Assembly (NCBI GenBank): GCA_002898275.1
Contig: BEIQ01000001.1
Location: 239,899-303,898, forward strand
Reading direction: 5' to 3'
DNA: 64,000 nt
From: a bacterium HR40
Lineage (GTDB): Bacteria; Pseudomonadota; Alphaproteobacteria; Geminicoccales; Geminicoccaceae
The notes beneath the pieces were generated by a model. That model was not told the origin of the DNA. It saw only the letters and a program-made list of their open reading frames with translations, and made no database searches. Within the stretch, counting starts at the first letter, position 1. Each line of letters starts with the position of its first letter. This document shows positions 42,157-50,943 of the stretch, in pieces. The position numbers were made by a program, and so were the translations under genes.

Positions 42157-42918
42157 TCAGCCCGCTTCCCCGACCCGGGCTTTCTCGGCCTCGGCGAGGA
42201 GTCGAGCGGTTGCCGTCTCGATGCGCTCCTCGAGCAATTGCATGAAGCGATCGCGGTCCAGGCCGGGTGGTATGGGCTCGAGGAATTCGACGAGAACGGT
42301 GCCGGGTCGCTTGAGGAAACTGCGCCGCCCCCAGAATAGACCGGAGTTGAGCGCCACCGGCACGCAGGGTACGGCGAGGGCGCGGTAAAGGGCGGCCACT
42401 CCGGGCTTGTAGGCAGGAGGCGCACCGGGCTCGCGGCGCGTGCCCTCGGGGAAGATCAGGACCGACTCTCCCCGCGCCACGGCCTCGCGTGCACCCGCCA
42501 CGAGGGACCGCAGGGCTCGGGCCCCCTCGCCCCGGTCGATCCGGATATTGCCGGCGCGCAAGAGGTAGGTGCCGAAGAAGGGGATGCGGGTCAGCTCCTC
42601 CTTGAGGCCGACGGCGAGGTCCTCGACCAGCAGATGGAACGTCAGCGTCTCCCACGCCGACTGGTGCTTGCTCGCGATGAGGACGGCACCGGCGGGCAGG
42701 CGGTCGCGGCCCCGTACCTCGTAGTGCAGGCCGACGATGCTGCCGAGCAACCGCTGAATGCCCCGCTCCCAGAAGCGGGCATAGGCGCGCACCTGCCGGC
42801 GGTCCCAGAAGGGCAGAAACGGCAGACCGGCGAAAAGGCAGACGACGGTCCACCCGAAGAAGGCGAGGTTGAAGACGGTCGCCCGCAACACCGTGAGCAC
42901 GTCCGCCATCCGCGGCAT
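42157..42918 (-). CDS. plsC: 1-acyl-sn-glycerol-3-phosphate acyltransferase
   Basis: It has the SKHQSAWET (HX4D/E block) and IFPEGTR motifs. The start is either MPRMADV (42918) or MADV (42909). Confidence 0.88.
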   Translation of the reverse strand: MPRMADVLTVLRATVFNLAFFGWTVVCLFAGLPFLPFWDRRQVRAYARFWERGIQRLLGSIVGLHYEVRGRDRLPAGAVLIASKHQSAWETLTFHLLVEDLAVGLKEELTRIPFFGTYLLRAGNIRIDRGEGARALRSLVAGAREAVARGESVLIFPEGTRREPGAPPAYKPGVAALYRALAVPCVPVALNSGLFWGRRSFLKRPGTVLVEFLEPIPPGLDRDRFMQLLEERIETATARLLAEAEKARVGEAG

Positions 42919-42979
42919 CCCTCCTCTGCCGTGCTTGCCTGGTGCGAGCAATGGCGTGGGCGCAGCGGCTGACAAGGGC

Positions 42980-43855
42980 TCAGCGCAACCGGGCGAGGCC
43001 GCGAAAGGCGGCTGTGCGGGCGGAGAGGGTGACGAGCAACACCATGACGACGGGGACGGTCGCGAGCAGCACCCAGTGGACGGGGCGGAGGGCCACTTCC
43101 TGACCGATCCCGCCACCGAAACGACGGGCGAGCTCGACGACGGCGAGAAAAGCGAGGACGCCGGCAGCGAATCCCAGAGCGGCGCCGCGAAGTGCGGTGG
43201 TGAGGGCGTGCAGCTCGAACTGTCTCGCCACATAGCGGTCGCTCGCGCCCATGAGGCGCAGCAGGTCGACCGTTTCCTCGTGCCGATCGAGACTGTTGCG
43301 AGTCACCAGTATCGTCGTCACCCCGGCTACCGCCAACACGACGACGCCGAGACCGATGCCGACGGCTCGGGCGATCCGGCCGATGGCGTGCGTGACGGTG
43401 GGTGGACTCGCCGCACCCACCGTGACCTCGGGCACGAGTTCCCGCAGTTCGGCCTCGAAGCGCGCGAGATCGGCGATCGCCGCCGGGCGCAGAGCCACAT
43501 CGATCAGACGCGGCAACAGGAGCAGACCCCCCTGCGGCTCGTGACCGGCAGCAGGCTGCGGATCGCTCAGGCCCGCGAGCTCGCTCTCTGGAACCGGCTC
43601 GGCATAGAGGACCTCGGGGCGGGCCCGCAGGAACTGGAGCAGCCGTTGTTCGGCCTCCGCCGCGCGGTCGGCGGATATGGCGATGGCGAGGGTCACCATC
43701 GCCGGCCGGCGGGCCGCCTCCCGCACTGCCGCATCGCCGGCGACGCCCACGGCGAAGGCACACACCGCGAGCAGGGTCAGGCCGACGACGATCCATTGCA
43801 GGAAACGGCTCGCCGCTGTACCGGCGAGGGGAAGGTCGAGTTCGAGTTCGCGCAC
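42980..43855 (-). CDS. ftsX: Cell division ABC transporter permease-like protein FtsX
   Basis: GTG start 3 nt after the ftsE stop. It has one N-terminal TM segment, a periplasmic domain and three C-terminal TM segments (GIGLGVVVLAVAGVTTILV...LGFAAGVLAFLAVV...WVLLATVPVVMVLLV). 291 aa. Confidence 0.85.
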   Translation of the reverse strand: MRELELDLPLAGTAASRFLQWIVVGLTLLAVCAFAVGVAGDAAVREAARRPAMVTLAIAISADRAAEAEQRLLQFLRARPEVLYAEPVPESELAGLSDPQPAAGHEPQGGLLLLPRLIDVALRPAAIADLARFEAELRELVPEVTVGAASPPTVTHAIGRIARAVGIGLGVVVLAVAGVTTILVTRNSLDRHEETVDLLRLMGASDRYVARQFELHALTTALRGAALGFAAGVLAFLAVVELARRFGGGIGQEVALRPVHWVLLATVPVVMVLLVTLSARTAAFRGLARLR

Positions 43856-43858
43856 ACT

Positions 43859-44590
43859 TCACTCCGCTGCCTGCCGGGCAAGCCCCTCGGTCACGCGCAC
43901 GATCCGGCCGGCATCGAGCTCGATCGCTCCGAAGGGGTGGTGGCGGAGCAGCTCGTGGTCGTGGGTGGCCATGAGGATCGTGGTCCCTTGGCGATGCATC
44001 TGCGTAAAAAGGTGCATCACTCTCTTTCGTCGGCGCGAATCCAGATTGCTCAGGGGTTCGTCGGCCAGCAGAAGGCTCGGGCGGGTGATCACGGCACGGG
44101 CGATGGTCACGAGTTGCCGCTGTCCCATGGAGAGCTGTCCCGGGCGACATTCCATGCATTCGCCGAGCCCGAGCCAGGACAGCATCTCGGAGACGTACAT
44201 CGCGATCTGCTCCTCGGCGAGGCCGCCGATGCGCAGCGGCAGGGCGACGTTGTCGAAGGCCGAGAGATGGTCGAGCAGCCGGAAATCCTGGAAGACAACG
44301 CCGATGCGGCGTCGCAGCGACCCGCGTTGCTCTCGATCCAGTTGGCCGACGTCGCGGCCGAACAGTTCCACGATCCCCCGCGACGGCGGATGCGAGAGGC
44401 TCAAAAGCCGCAACAGCGAGGTCTTGCCGGCACCGCTCGGACCGGTCAGGAAGAAGAACGTTCCGGCCTTGATCGCGAGGTCGAGGTCGCACAGAACCTC
44501 CTCGCCGCGGTCGTAGCGCATGCCGACCGACTGCAACCGGAGAACGACGGTGTCCGGCGGTTCCACAGGCATCCTCGGTCCGACGACCAT
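43859..44590 (-). CDS. ftsE: Cell division ATP-binding protein FtsE
   Basis: Walker A is GPSGAGKTS, the signature is LSMGQRQ and Walker B is LLLADEP. The start is at 44590 (MVVGPRM) or 44572 (MPVEPP). Confidence 0.9.
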   Translation of the reverse strand: MVVGPRMPVEPPDTVVLRLQSVGMRYDRGEEVLCDLDLAIKAGTFFFLTGPSGAGKTSLLRLLSLSHPPSRGIVELFGRDVGQLDREQRGSLRRRIGVVFQDFRLLDHLSAFDNVALPLRIGGLAEEQIAMYVSEMLSWLGLGECMECRPGQLSMGQRQLVTIARAVITRPSLLLADEPLSNLDSRRRKRVMHLFTQMHRQGTTILMATHDHELLRHHPFGAIELDAGRIVRVTEGLARQAAE

Positions 44591-44668
44591 GGTCGAAGAA
44601 TTGGCACAAGCTGGGCGAATCGTCCAGAAGGTCGTTCTACTCGTGCGTGAGACCGGCGAGGCCAGGGC

Positions 44669-45346
44669 ATGATCCTCACCTGTCCCAGCTGTGGCACCCG
44701 GTTCCGGGTCGATGCCGCGGCTCTGCTGCCTGCGGGCAAGCTGGTGCGCTGTTCGCAGTGCGGTCATCGTTGGTTCGCCGAGCCGCCACGCGAATCCGGG
44801 GGATCGGTCGCTCCCGTGGCGGCCGAGGCGGAGCCCTGGGAACCCCCATCGGAACCGATCCCAGAGCCCCCGGCGCAGACATCGGGGGCTGTCGCCCGGG
44901 CGGCGTCGAGCGGCGCGATGCTGGGCTGGCTCGTGCTGCTGCTCGTGCTCCTGGTCCTGGCTGGGTTCGTGGTGGGGCGCAACGAGATCGTGACCGCGTT
45001 TCCGCAGACCGCTCCTCTCTATGGCTACCTCGGCCTGCCGGTGACCGTACCGATCGGGCTCGAGTTCCGAGCGCTCACCTCACGGCGCGCGAACGAGAGC
45101 GGCAGCGAAGTGCTCGTAGTCGAAGGCGAGATTCACAACGTCGCGGACAGCGAGCGGCTGTTGCCACCGGTGCGGGTCTCGCTCGTCGACGCCAATGGGC
45201 GGGAGCTCGATTTCGGTCTGTTCGACGCGCCCCAGCGCAGCCTGCCGCCCGGTGGTATGACGCGCTTTAAGGCGGAGCTCTTCGATCCGCCGTCCAATGC
45301 CGCGAGCTTCGTCGTGACCTTTGCCGAGCGCCCGATCCAGCCGTGA
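44669..45346 (+). CDS. MJ0042-type zinc-ribbon / DUF3426-like membrane protein
   Basis: The sequence is MILTCPSCGTRFRVDAAALLPAGKLVRCSQCGHRW, followed by a Pro/Glu-rich linker, one TM segment (MLGWLVLLLVLLVLAGFVV) and a C-terminal beta-rich domain. Confidence 0.8.
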   Translation: MILTCPSCGTRFRVDAAALLPAGKLVRCSQCGHRWFAEPPRESGGSVAPVAAEAEPWEPPSEPIPEPPAQTSGAVARAASSGAMLGWLVLLLVLLVLAGFVVGRNEIVTAFPQTAPLYGYLGLPVTVPIGLEFRALTSRRANESGSEVLVVEGEIHNVADSERLLPPVRVSLVDANGRELDFGLFDAPQRSLPPGGMTRFKAELFDPPSNAASFVVTFAERPIQP

Positions 45347-45801
45347 AGCCCGGGCGCCCGACGCCGATGGACCGGGCGCTGGCAGCGGCGCGGGAGGCCG
45401 CAGCGGCCGGCGACGTGCCGGTCGGCGCCGTGCTCCTCGGACCCGACGGCCAGCTCCTCGCGGTTGCCGGCAACGCCGTGGAGCGCCTCTGCGATCCCAC
45501 CGCACACGCCGAGATCCTGGTCCTGCGCGAGGGGGCGCGAAGGCTCGGGACGCCGCGCCTCTTCGGCTGCGATCTCTATGTCACCCTCGAGCCCTGCCCG
45601 ATGTGCGCAGGCGCCATCGCCCTCGCCCGCATCCGCCGCCTCTATTTCGGAGCTGAGGATCCCAAGGCTGGGGCGGTCGTGAACGGCGCGCGGCTGTTCG
45701 ACTTGCCGACCTGCCACCACCGACCCGAAGTCTATGGCGGCATCGGCGAGCGAGCGAGCGCCGACCTGCTCAAGGCCTTTTTCCAGCAGCGGCGCGACTA
45801 G
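45343..45801 (+). CDS. tadA: tRNA adenosine(34) deaminase
   Basis: It has the CDA zinc motifs HAEILVL and PCPMCAGA. GTG 45343 overlaps the upstream stop (GTGA). An alternative ATG lies at 45367. Confidence 0.9.
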   Translation: MKPGRPTPMDRALAAAREAAAAGDVPVGAVLLGPDGQLLAVAGNAVERLCDPTAHAEILVLREGARRLGTPRLFGCDLYVTLEPCPMCAGAIALARIRRLYFGAEDPKAGAVVNGARLFDLPTCHHRPEVYGGIGERASADLLKAFFQQRRD

Positions 45802-46715
45802 GCGCGGCGGCCGGTGAACGGCACGCTGCCGCGGCGGCGTGTCGTTCCGACCAGGGTCGGCGCCGTTCCGCTCCCCCCGGCCATGGCGAGGAGGCGACGG
45901 ATCCGCTCCTCGGTCGGCGGGTGGGTGCGGAACAGGGCGGAGAGCGACGAGCCGACGAGCGGGTGGACGATGAAGAGCGGCGCGGTCGCCGGATGGGTCT
46001 CGGCGGTGGGCAGCAGACTGTGGCTCGCGAGGGCTTCGATGCGCGCGAGGGCGGAGGCGAGGGCTGCGGGATCGCCGCAGATGCGCGCCCCCTCGCGATC
46101 GGCCTCGTATTCGCGGGCGCGGCTGATGGCCAGTTGCAAGAGGGTCGCGGCGAGCGGTGCCAGCACGAGCATGAGCAGGGTGCCGATCGCGCCGAGCGGA
46201 TGGTTGCGCTGGTCCGAGCTGCCACCGAACAGCCAGAAGACGTTGGCGAGGAAGGCGATGGCACCGGCGAGGGTGGCGGCGACCGTCATGGTGAGCGTGT
46301 CGCGGTTGCGGATGTGGGCGAGTTCGTGGGCGATGACGGCGGCCAGTTCGCGGCGGTCGAGCGCGGCGAGGAGACCCGAGGTCACCGCCACGGCGGCGCG
46401 CTCGGGTGTGCGCCCGGTGGCGAAGGCGTTGGGCTGTGGCGCTTCGATCAGATAGAGTCGCGGCATCGGCAGCCCGGCACGACGGGCGAGCTCGCCGACG
46501 AGCGACCAGAGGTCGGGGGCGCTGCGAGGATCCAGCGGCCGCGCGCCATGCGCCGCGAGGGCGAGCCGGTCGGAGTTCCACCAGGCGAAGAGATTGGTGA
46601 GCAACGCCAAAGCCAACGCGACGAGTGCCCCACCTTCGCCACCGAGCACAAAGCCCACGGTAACGAAGAGCCCGGTCAGGGCAGCGAGCAAAAGCGTGGT
46701 GCGGACGAAACCCAT
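45798..46715 (-). CDS. htpX: Zinc metalloprotease HtpX
   Basis: The sequence is MGFVRTTLLLAALTG..., with PNAFATG and the HEXXH motif as HELAHIRNRD. 305 aa. Its 3' end overlaps the tadA 3' end by 4 nt. Confidence 0.92.
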   Translation of the reverse strand: MGFVRTTLLLAALTGLFVTVGFVLGGEGGALVALALALLTNLFAWWNSDRLALAAHGARPLDPRSAPDLWSLVGELARRAGLPMPRLYLIEAPQPNAFATGRTPERAAVAVTSGLLAALDRRELAAVIAHELAHIRNRDTLTMTVAATLAGAIAFLANVFWLFGGSSDQRNHPLGAIGTLLMLVLAPLAATLLQLAISRAREYEADREGARICGDPAALASALARIEALASHSLLPTAETHPATAPLFIVHPLVGSSLSALFRTHPPTEERIRRLLAMAGGSGTAPTLVGTTRRRGSVPFTGRRA

Positions 46716-46855
46716 AGCCCTCCTCTCGCGCAATTGGCCAAAGGCAATATGGGCGGACAGCGGCGAGTGGGGAGAGGGCCGCGTGCAGGAGGCATTAACC
46801 GTCCGCTAAGAGGGTGCGGCTACAACGCCCCTGGGGCCCCACGGCAGAGCCTCGG

Positions 46856-47734
46856 ATGCTCGCGATCATCGGCATTGTCCTCGTCTTCGGCATGGTGTTC
46901 GGCGGTTACATGCTCGCCGGCGGGAAGTTCGGCGTCATCCTCAAGGCCGCCCCGTTCGAACTCATGATGATCGGCGGAGCCGCCGCCGGCTCCTTCCTGA
47001 TCGCCAACGGTCCGGAAGTGGTCAAAGGGGCGCTCGGCGACGTCAGTCGCGTGTTCTCGGGTCCGAAATGGAAGAAGGACGACTACCGTGATTTGCTCAC
47101 TCTCATGTTCATGATCGTAAAGCTCCTGAAAACTCGTGGAGTCCTCGTGCTCGAGCCGCACGTCGAGAAACCGGAAGAGAGCACGCTATTCTCGAAATTC
47201 CCGAAGATACAGCAAGATCATTTCGCGCTCGCTTTCATCGCCGATACGCTGCGCATGATGACCATGAGCATGGACGATCCTTTTCAAGTCGAGGAGTGCA
47301 TGCAGCGGCAGCTCAAGAAGCATCACGCGGAAGTGCATGCCCGTGCCGCTGCCCTGCGGAACATGGCCGACGGCATGCCAGCGCTCGGCATCGTCGCCGC
47401 CGTTCTCGGAGTCATCAAGACCATGTCGGCGATCGACCAGCCGGTGGCGATCCTGGGCGGTATGATCGGCGGCGCTCTCGTCGGGACCTTTCTCGGTGTG
47501 TTCCTCGCCTACGGGCTCGTCGGTCCGATTGCCGCGCGCCTCGACCAGACCTACGAGCAGGATCACCAATTCTACCTCATCATCCGCGATTGTCTCGTCG
47601 CCTATTTGCAGGGCCATTCCGCGCCGATAGCCGTCGAAGTGGCTCGCGGCAACGTACCTTCGAGCCTGCAGCCCTCCTTCCACGAGCTCGACGAGCATCT
47701 CAACAGCCTGCCCGCCGATCCGCTTGCGGCATGA
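46856..47734 (+). CDS. motA: Flagellar motor stator protein MotA
   Basis: The sequence is MLAIIGIVLVFGMVFGGYMLAGG...MPALGIVAAVLGVIKTM...GALVGTFLGVFLAYG. 292 aa, followed by motB. Confidence 0.92.
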   Translation: MLAIIGIVLVFGMVFGGYMLAGGKFGVILKAAPFELMMIGGAAAGSFLIANGPEVVKGALGDVSRVFSGPKWKKDDYRDLLTLMFMIVKLLKTRGVLVLEPHVEKPEESTLFSKFPKIQQDHFALAFIADTLRMMTMSMDDPFQVEECMQRQLKKHHAEVHARAAALRNMADGMPALGIVAAVLGVIKTMSAIDQPVAILGGMIGGALVGTFLGVFLAYGLVGPIAARLDQTYEQDHQFYLIIRDCLVAYLQGHSAPIAVEVARGNVPSSLQPSFHELDEHLNSLPADPLAA

Positions 47735-47740
47735 TCCGCC

Positions 47741-48787
47741 ATGGCGCTCGAGAACCAGTCGATCATCGTCAAGAAGGTCGTCGAGGAAGGCGGGCACGGC
47801 CATCACGGTGGGGCTTGGAAAGTGGCCTACGCCGACTTCGTCACCGCCATGATGGCCTTCTTTTTGCTCCTTTGGCTTCTCAGCACGGCCAGCAAGGACA
47901 CTCTCAAGGGGCTTGCCGAGTTCTTCAGCGACGCGCAGCAGAATCGCGGTCAGCCAGGGGGCGTGGGTGGAGTCCTCGAAGGCATCACCGTTACCCCGTT
48001 CGAGCCAATCCAACCCGAGACCAGTTCGCCCTTCACCTTCCAGCTGTCGGTGCCGATGGGCGAGGAGCGTCAGGATATGGAGCCCACCTTCGCGCTGGAT
48101 CTGAGCGAGGAATGGGGTTCGGACGCGGACCGCCGCCGGCAGCAGACAGGGGAGGTGGAACGTTTCGAGGCGGCGCGCGAGCGACAGCAATTCCGGGCCG
48201 CCGAAGAGGCGATCCGCGAAGCGCTCGAACGCTCGCCCGATCTCCAGGCCTATCGCCAGAACCTGCGCATCGAGCAGACACCCGAAGGTCTTCGCATCGA
48301 GATCCTCGATCAAGAGCGCACACCGATGTTCCCGGTGGGCAGCGATCGCATGTATCCGGTGCTGCACAGGCTCCTTCAGGTGGTGGCGGCGGCGGTGCGC
48401 GATCTGCCCAATCGGCTCTCCATCCGCGGTCATACCGACGCTCGGCCGTTCCCGCCGGGCGCGGACATGGACAACTGGAAGTTGTCCGCCAACCGGGCCA
48501 ATGCCGCCCGACGAGTCCTGATCGAGGCGGGCGTGCCGCCGGAACGCGTGGCCGAGGTGGTGGGTAGGGCGGACACGGAGCCGCTCGTTCCCGAGGATCC
48601 CATGGATGCCCGCAACCGCCGGATCTCGATCGTCCTCCTCACCCGGGCCCACGGTCCGGCACGGGCGGAAGACACGAAACCGAGCGGTTCGGCGGGCGAC
48701 GGCGGCGCTGCTCTGCTTCCCGATCCGGGGACGACGGCAGGCCCCGACAAGGCTCCTCCGGCGCCGACGGAGGAGCGGGGGCACTGA
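47741..48787 (+). CDS. motB: Flagellar motor protein MotB (OmpA-like C-terminal domain)
   Basis: The sequence is GGAWKVAYADFVTAMMAFFLLLW (plug/TM with the conserved Asp). The OmpA-like domain is IRGHTDARPF...NWKLSANRANAARRVLIEAG. 348 aa. Confidence 0.92.
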   Translation: MALENQSIIVKKVVEEGGHGHHGGAWKVAYADFVTAMMAFFLLLWLLSTASKDTLKGLAEFFSDAQQNRGQPGGVGGVLEGITVTPFEPIQPETSSPFTFQLSVPMGEERQDMEPTFALDLSEEWGSDADRRRQQTGEVERFEAARERQQFRAAEEAIREALERSPDLQAYRQNLRIEQTPEGLRIEILDQERTPMFPVGSDRMYPVLHRLLQVVAAAVRDLPNRLSIRGHTDARPFPPGADMDNWKLSANRANAARRVLIEAGVPPERVAEVVGRADTEPLVPEDPMDARNRRISIVLLTRAHGPARAEDTKPSGSAGDGGAALLPDPGTTAGPDKAPPAPTEERGH

Positions 48788-48885
48788 GGAGAGGAGGAGT
48801 CGCCGGAGGATGGCCAGGCGACCTCGCCGTACCGAAGGGATCGGTTGGCCGACCGGGCTCTCGACGGTACGGCCTTGCCGGCGCT

Positions 48886-50943
48886 TCAGCTGCGCCCTTC
48901 CCGCCACCAGGCGAGGCCAGCGAGCACGAGCAGCGCAGCTAGGCTGAGAGCGGGATGGAACAGCGGGATCCGCTCGGTCGCCGTGACGATGTAGCGGTCG
49001 CGGTCGCGCAGGCCGATCCAACCGCGACCGAAGGCCCGCCTTCCCTCCGCGACGAGCCGCAGATCGGGCACTCCCGCGGTGGCCAGGCGGAGGACGGTGC
49101 CGCCGGTCGTCTCCGCTACCGGTGCGAGCACCTCGGTCGTGGACACCATGCGCTCGAGTTCGCGCGGGGCGATCGGGTTCGGCGCGGCGAAGGTGGTGCG
49201 GGTGCCGTCGCTCACCCGCCACAGGCCTTCCTCTGTGGCGTCGAGACGGTGCCGCGCGATCCCGTCGGCGTCCGGAACGAGGGTGAGGCTGCGGCGCTCG
49301 CCCGCGGGCGACGTCACCTCGACCGTCACCGGCTCGGGGTTCAAGGAACGGCGCTCGATCTCGATGCCGCCTTCGACCGGACGAGCCAGCAACGCCTCCT
49401 CCTCGAGCTCGGGTTCCCGCATCAGCCAATGCACGAGTCGACGCAGCAGCACGCTTTGGGGCCCCCCTCCCTCGAAGCCGCGTGCCCACAGCCAGGCCTG
49501 GTCGGACAGCAGCTGGGCCACCCGGCCGCGTCCGACCCGGTCGAGGACGAGAAGCGGGCGTTCGCCAAAGCCCTGGAGCAGCACTTCGCCGCGGGCCGGC
49601 TCGGTGTCCACGAGGCGCAGCCAGCGGCCCCAGTCGGGACGCTCGGGATCGGTAGCGAGTCCTCGAGTTACCGGATGACGGCGGCCGACCGCGGTAGGGT
49701 GCGGCAGATAGGGACGCTCGTACACTTGACCGGTCGGTCGCGCCGGCAGGATGCGAGCGAGCGGGGTGCGGTAGAGGCTGTCGGGGGAGGCGAACTCGGG
49801 TCCCGCCGCCTCGAGCAGCGCGCCGCCCTCCTCGACGTAGCGGGCGATGTTGTCGAGATAGACGAGGGGCAGCAGGCCTCGCCGGGCGTAGCGGTCGAAG
49901 ATCACGAGGTCGAATTCGGCGAGCTTGAGCTCGAACAACTCGCGGGTCGGGAAGGCGATGAGGGCGAGCTCGTGGATGGGCGTGCCGTCTTGTTTCTCCG
50001 GCGGCCGCAGGATGGTGAAGTGAACGAGGTCGACCGAAGGATCGGCCTTGAGGAGATTGCGCCACACGCGCAGCCCCTGGTGCGGCAGACCGGAAATCAA
50101 CAGCACCCGCAGGCGGTCGCGCACGCCGTTGACCAACAAAGCGACCCGATTGTTGCGGGTGGTGATCTCGCCGGGCAGGGCTTCCACCTCGAGCTCGAAC
50201 GCGCTCGCTCCCCCTTTGTCGAGGGTGAACGGCAGTCGCGTCGAGGTGCCCGGAACGACCGAACGTTGGGCTATGACCTCGCCGTCGCGTCGCAGGATCA
50301 GCCGTGCCGGATCGCCGGTCGGCGACGGCAGATCGTCGACCCGCACCACGAGCTCCTGGGGTTCGCCGACGACGGCAAAGGTGGGGGCCGCCTCCACCAC
50401 GAGGGAGCGGTCGCGCTCGTCCGGCCGACCGGTGATCAGCGCATGGAAGGGCACGCTTTCGGGCAACAGACGCGCGGCCAGGCCGACATCGTGGACGAGA
50501 CCGTCGGTGACCGCGATCACCGCCGCGAGACGGTCGGAGTCGATTCCCTCGAGCGCCCTGCGCAGAGTGGTGAACAGCGGCGTGCCCTCGCGACCATCGC
50601 CGACCACCGTCGCTTCCTCGACCGTCACACCCGGCAGACGGGCGAGACGTTCGCGCAGGAGGGCGAGAGCCTCGTCGGTCTGTTGCGGCCGCGGCTCGAG
50701 CTTCTGGCTGGGGGAGCGGTCGGCGACCAACAGCACGGTGTCGGGGAGAGGCCGCCGCTCCTCGCGATGGAGCGCCGGGTCGAGCAGCGCGAGGAGCAGG
50801 AGAGCGAAGAGGGCGGCACGCAGCAGTACGCCGCGTGCCCGGCGCCAGATCCCGTAGGCGACGACGAGCAGGGCGAGAAGGCCGAGGACGGCGATCGCCC
50901 ACAGCGGGAGCAGGGGCTGGATCAAAAGAGCCGTTCCGTTCAC
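48886..50943 (-). CDS. Membrane-anchored vWA-like / class I glutamine-amidotransferase-like protein (fourth gene of the MoxR operon)
   Basis: Two N-terminal TM segments are followed by VLLVADRSPSQ (a DxSxS MIDAS-like motif). The central part LRVLLISGLPH...FDLVIFDRY...YVEEGGALLEAAGPEF is GATase1-like. A C-terminal TM segment is present. The start overlaps the upstream gene stop by 4 nt. Confidence 0.7.
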   Translation of the reverse strand: MNGTALLIQPLLPLWAIAVLGLLALLVVAYGIWRRARGVLLRAALFALLLLALLDPALHREERRPLPDTVLLVADRSPSQKLEPRPQQTDEALALLRERLARLPGVTVEEATVVGDGREGTPLFTTLRRALEGIDSDRLAAVIAVTDGLVHDVGLAARLLPESVPFHALITGRPDERDRSLVVEAAPTFAVVGEPQELVVRVDDLPSPTGDPARLILRRDGEVIAQRSVVPGTSTRLPFTLDKGGASAFELEVEALPGEITTRNNRVALLVNGVRDRLRVLLISGLPHQGLRVWRNLLKADPSVDLVHFTILRPPEKQDGTPIHELALIAFPTRELFELKLAEFDLVIFDRYARRGLLPLVYLDNIARYVEEGGALLEAAGPEFASPDSLYRTPLARILPARPTGQVYERPYLPHPTAVGRRHPVTRGLATDPERPDWGRWLRLVDTEPARGEVLLQGFGERPLLVLDRVGRGRVAQLLSDQAWLWARGFEGGGPQSVLLRRLVHWLMREPELEEEALLARPVEGGIEIERRSLNPEPVTVEVTSPAGERRSLTLVPDADGIARHRLDATEEGLWRVSDGTRTTFAAPNPIAPRELERMVSTTEVLAPVAETTGGTVLRLATAGVPDLRLVAEGRRAFGRGWIGLRDRDRYIVTATERIPLFHPALSLAALLVLAGLAWWREGRS

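Noticed and set aside
46716-46855. A sigma28 or sigma54 promoter upstream of motA, and a sigma32 promoter for divergent htpX
   Set aside because: - TAAC-N16-GCGGCTAC matches the sigma28 consensus TAAA-N15-GCCGATAA only weakly.
- TGGCCAaaggcAATA lacks the -12 GC.
- The minus strand has a CCCATAT -10-like element but no CTTG at the proper spacing.
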